Shown piece after piece: positions 61,382 through 64,000 of a stretch of DNA of 64,000 nucleotides. Source of the stretch: Nemertoderma westbladi (lineage: Eukaryota; Animalia; Xenacoelomorpha); contig JAUCBJ010007832.1 of assembly GCA_032718475.1 (NCBI GenBank), forward strand, positions 3,715-67,714. Direction: 5' to 3'. Made by a program: the position numbers and the translations under genes. The notes beneath the pieces are model-generated. The model made no database searches and was not told where the DNA came from. It saw only the letters and a program-made list of their open reading frames with translations. Position 1 is the first letter of the stretch. Each line of letters starts with the position of its first letter.

Positions 61382-64000
61382 TTAAGATTAATAATGAATG
61401 GATTGAGAGAGTACAAATGCAGATATGAGTATTAGAATATTCTTAGTACCTTAAGTTTTATTCCAAAATTTTTACATTACACCCATTTACAGAAAAATTA
61501 ATATTAATGAAAAACAGTATTTTAATAATTTTTCTTAAAAATGTTTGATATTCTATATAGTGAAAAATTAATCGAAAATTATTTCAAATGAAAAAAAAAT
61601 TTCGATCGATTATTATCGACATTATTTTCGATCGATTATCGATTTGCGATCAATTTTGGACAACCCTAATTGTAATTTATATAGTATATGTATTCATTGC
61701 CATGCATTAACGGTGGTGCTTGCATTAAACAATATAATACATTAATGCCATCAACATTCACAGTTTTTCTAAAAACCGAAGCTACTTTGTAGTACTGTCA
61801 TTTGCTGTACAGGAATGGGGGTCAGAGTAGAACGCGGATCCGGATTCTACATTTAACATTGTCCCTACGGATGTCGATTTTTTTTACATTTTTATAACTC
61901 CCAAAAATAAAACTATAACTAAATATACCGGATCTATAAACTATTGACTTTAGTTTATTGTTTTGGTTAAAATGACGTGCCACTGTAACCTGCTCCTTTC
62001 CCTTAATTGATAATTTTGGGATCCGGATCCGCGTTTTACACCTACCCCAGGAATGGGAAGTTCCTGTTAACCGCCCCGTTTACCTCGCCCCATGTTTACT
62101 GTTATCTCCCATTGTCTTTTTGATTCCTCCCCACAACACACCCCCCCCCCTTTCCTCAGTACTGGGGTAGGCTGTCCAGTCCACGCATTGGGTAAGTGGT
62201 GGGTTCAGTCTGGTTTTTAGGTTAGGGTTTGTCGGGAGGTTGGGTGCAATCTTCGACCTGGTCCAACCTAACCTTCGCCCGATTGGAGGAAAGGAGCAGG
62301 TTACAGAGACGGCTTTTTATAACCAAAACAATAAATTATGTTGTTTACACACATTTTGAGGGCGAAGTTTGCTGCGTATCTACTGGAATCTAAAATAATG
62401 GGATGTGGGGTGGGGGGGGGGGGGGGCGGGGGGGGGGGGGTTAAATGGAGCATCACTATAATAGTAGTTTGTATACTAACACCCAATTCCAGCTGTTTCA
62501 AATTCAAATATATCCGCCGCCCCACAGTAAAGCGAAATCTAGTTGTTATGAAATTCTCGTATAATAATGATTTTCATATAAACATCTAATACATGGATTA
62601 TTAGCGAGTATGGGGTTACTGAGTGACGGAAGGGTTAAGACATTGCATTTGGAGAAGTAGTAAAAGTTTTTTTAGTAATTTTAGGTAGGTATGGTTGCCA
62701 TCAAGGCTGATCTTAATGTCCAAAAGGCATCAATGGTAATTTTCCAAAAATTTGACGAATTAACACACGTTGGATAATGACTTTCCAAGCAAAACCAATA
62801 CGAATTCATATCTAGTTCGGATTTGTTCCAGAACATTTATCACCATTATTTCAATGGGGAAGAGGGAACGACCAGAAGTTATGATGCGCTTTTATCTTGG
62901 ACATGTAGTTATGGTTATGTATTAAATTAATTAAATTCAATAACGCTTCATTTTTAATTCTACTCGACTACTTTCTATACCTTCACTTTTTTATTATAAG
63001 TTTAACTACATTATAATGTGTTTTTTAACATCAATTCAAAAATTCGTCAGCCAGCTGGGTGGGCATCAGTTTGATTATTTGATGACAATCATGTTACAAT
63101 ATATCAAATAACTAAAAATGTGTGCAACAAAAAAGTGTGTAGGCTACTACAGTACTGTGATACAAGGTTCATTGAGATGGCAGACAAATTTGGTTTAATA
63201 GCCTATACCAATTACTGATGTTTATACAATTGTGGTCTGGTTATACATGTTGGTTGACATCTAAACTGCATGCACATTTGGAATTTATAAATACAGTAGG
63301 CTAGTTATAGTTCTTGGCCCTACAGTAGCCAGTAGGAATAAACTTTCATTTTGTTTAAAATTGTTGAACAAAAATTAGTTTCTACTGTACCAACAATAAA
63401 TTCCATCATTAGCAAACATGTACTTTAACAATTCCTTACAATAACATTATTAAGTATAGTCACTATAAATAATTTGTAGACTAATTGATATTGACAAGTA
63501 ACCAATTCACTCTAAATGACAAAAATTCATTAATATTTGTACTTCAATCTGATACTTTTTTGTATTCACTTTCGACTATTACAAAAATGATAATCACCAT
63601 GTTAGTTTAGTGTAGATAACTTTTATAATAATTAATGATAGCCCAGAGGCCAACAGTTGAATTTAACTATTATCAATGAATTATTGTTCGTTTATAAGGG
63701 GAAAATTAGTATGTACTCCAATCCCAATCATTTTAACGCATCAAAATTATTGCACTAATAAATTATCTGCACTGCACCCAGAGTGAATTATAACTTGTGA
63801 ATTTGATTAAACCCATAATATAACAATAAATAACAAGTATGAATGAATATCAGTTGTTATAATATCCCGTTTGATATCCCGGTTGGTATATCGCTCTCCC
63901 ATACTCATCCGTACTGGGACCATGTTGATCCGATTGGTACACACTCCGATTAGCTATGTCCCCTAGTTGCTGAGCAGCATGTTCCATGTCTTCCTTTGCT

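Overview
AT-rich, repeat-dense genomic DNA from an invertebrate animal (spliceosomal introns, no prokaryotic features). There are two host genes. One is the 5' seven coding exons of a histidine decarboxylase on the minus strand (23222 down to 1001; the gene continues past the window start). The other is a complete PRMT5 with no intron in its CDS (58163-60049, +). The window is dominated by two recent, TSD-flanked copies of one BEL/Pao-type LTR lineage (6152-18515 and 40241-52344). Both encode Gag plus protease, share the same in-frame loss of RT, most of RNase H and the integrase core, and carry an extra 3' ORF whose ends are conserved but whose middles are unrelated. The most striking signal is that neither element has a tRNA primer-binding site. 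Instead, the 11 nt right after each 5' LTR are the exact reverse complement of an 11-mer inside that element's own LTR, with compensatory base changes between the two elements. This is the geometry of Tf1-style self-primed reverse transcription. Also present are decayed RTE-like LINEs, tRNA-derived SINEs, a Harbinger Myb/SANT remnant, a P-like non-autonomous element, fold-backs and three tandem arrays, one of which amplifies an HDC splice donor.
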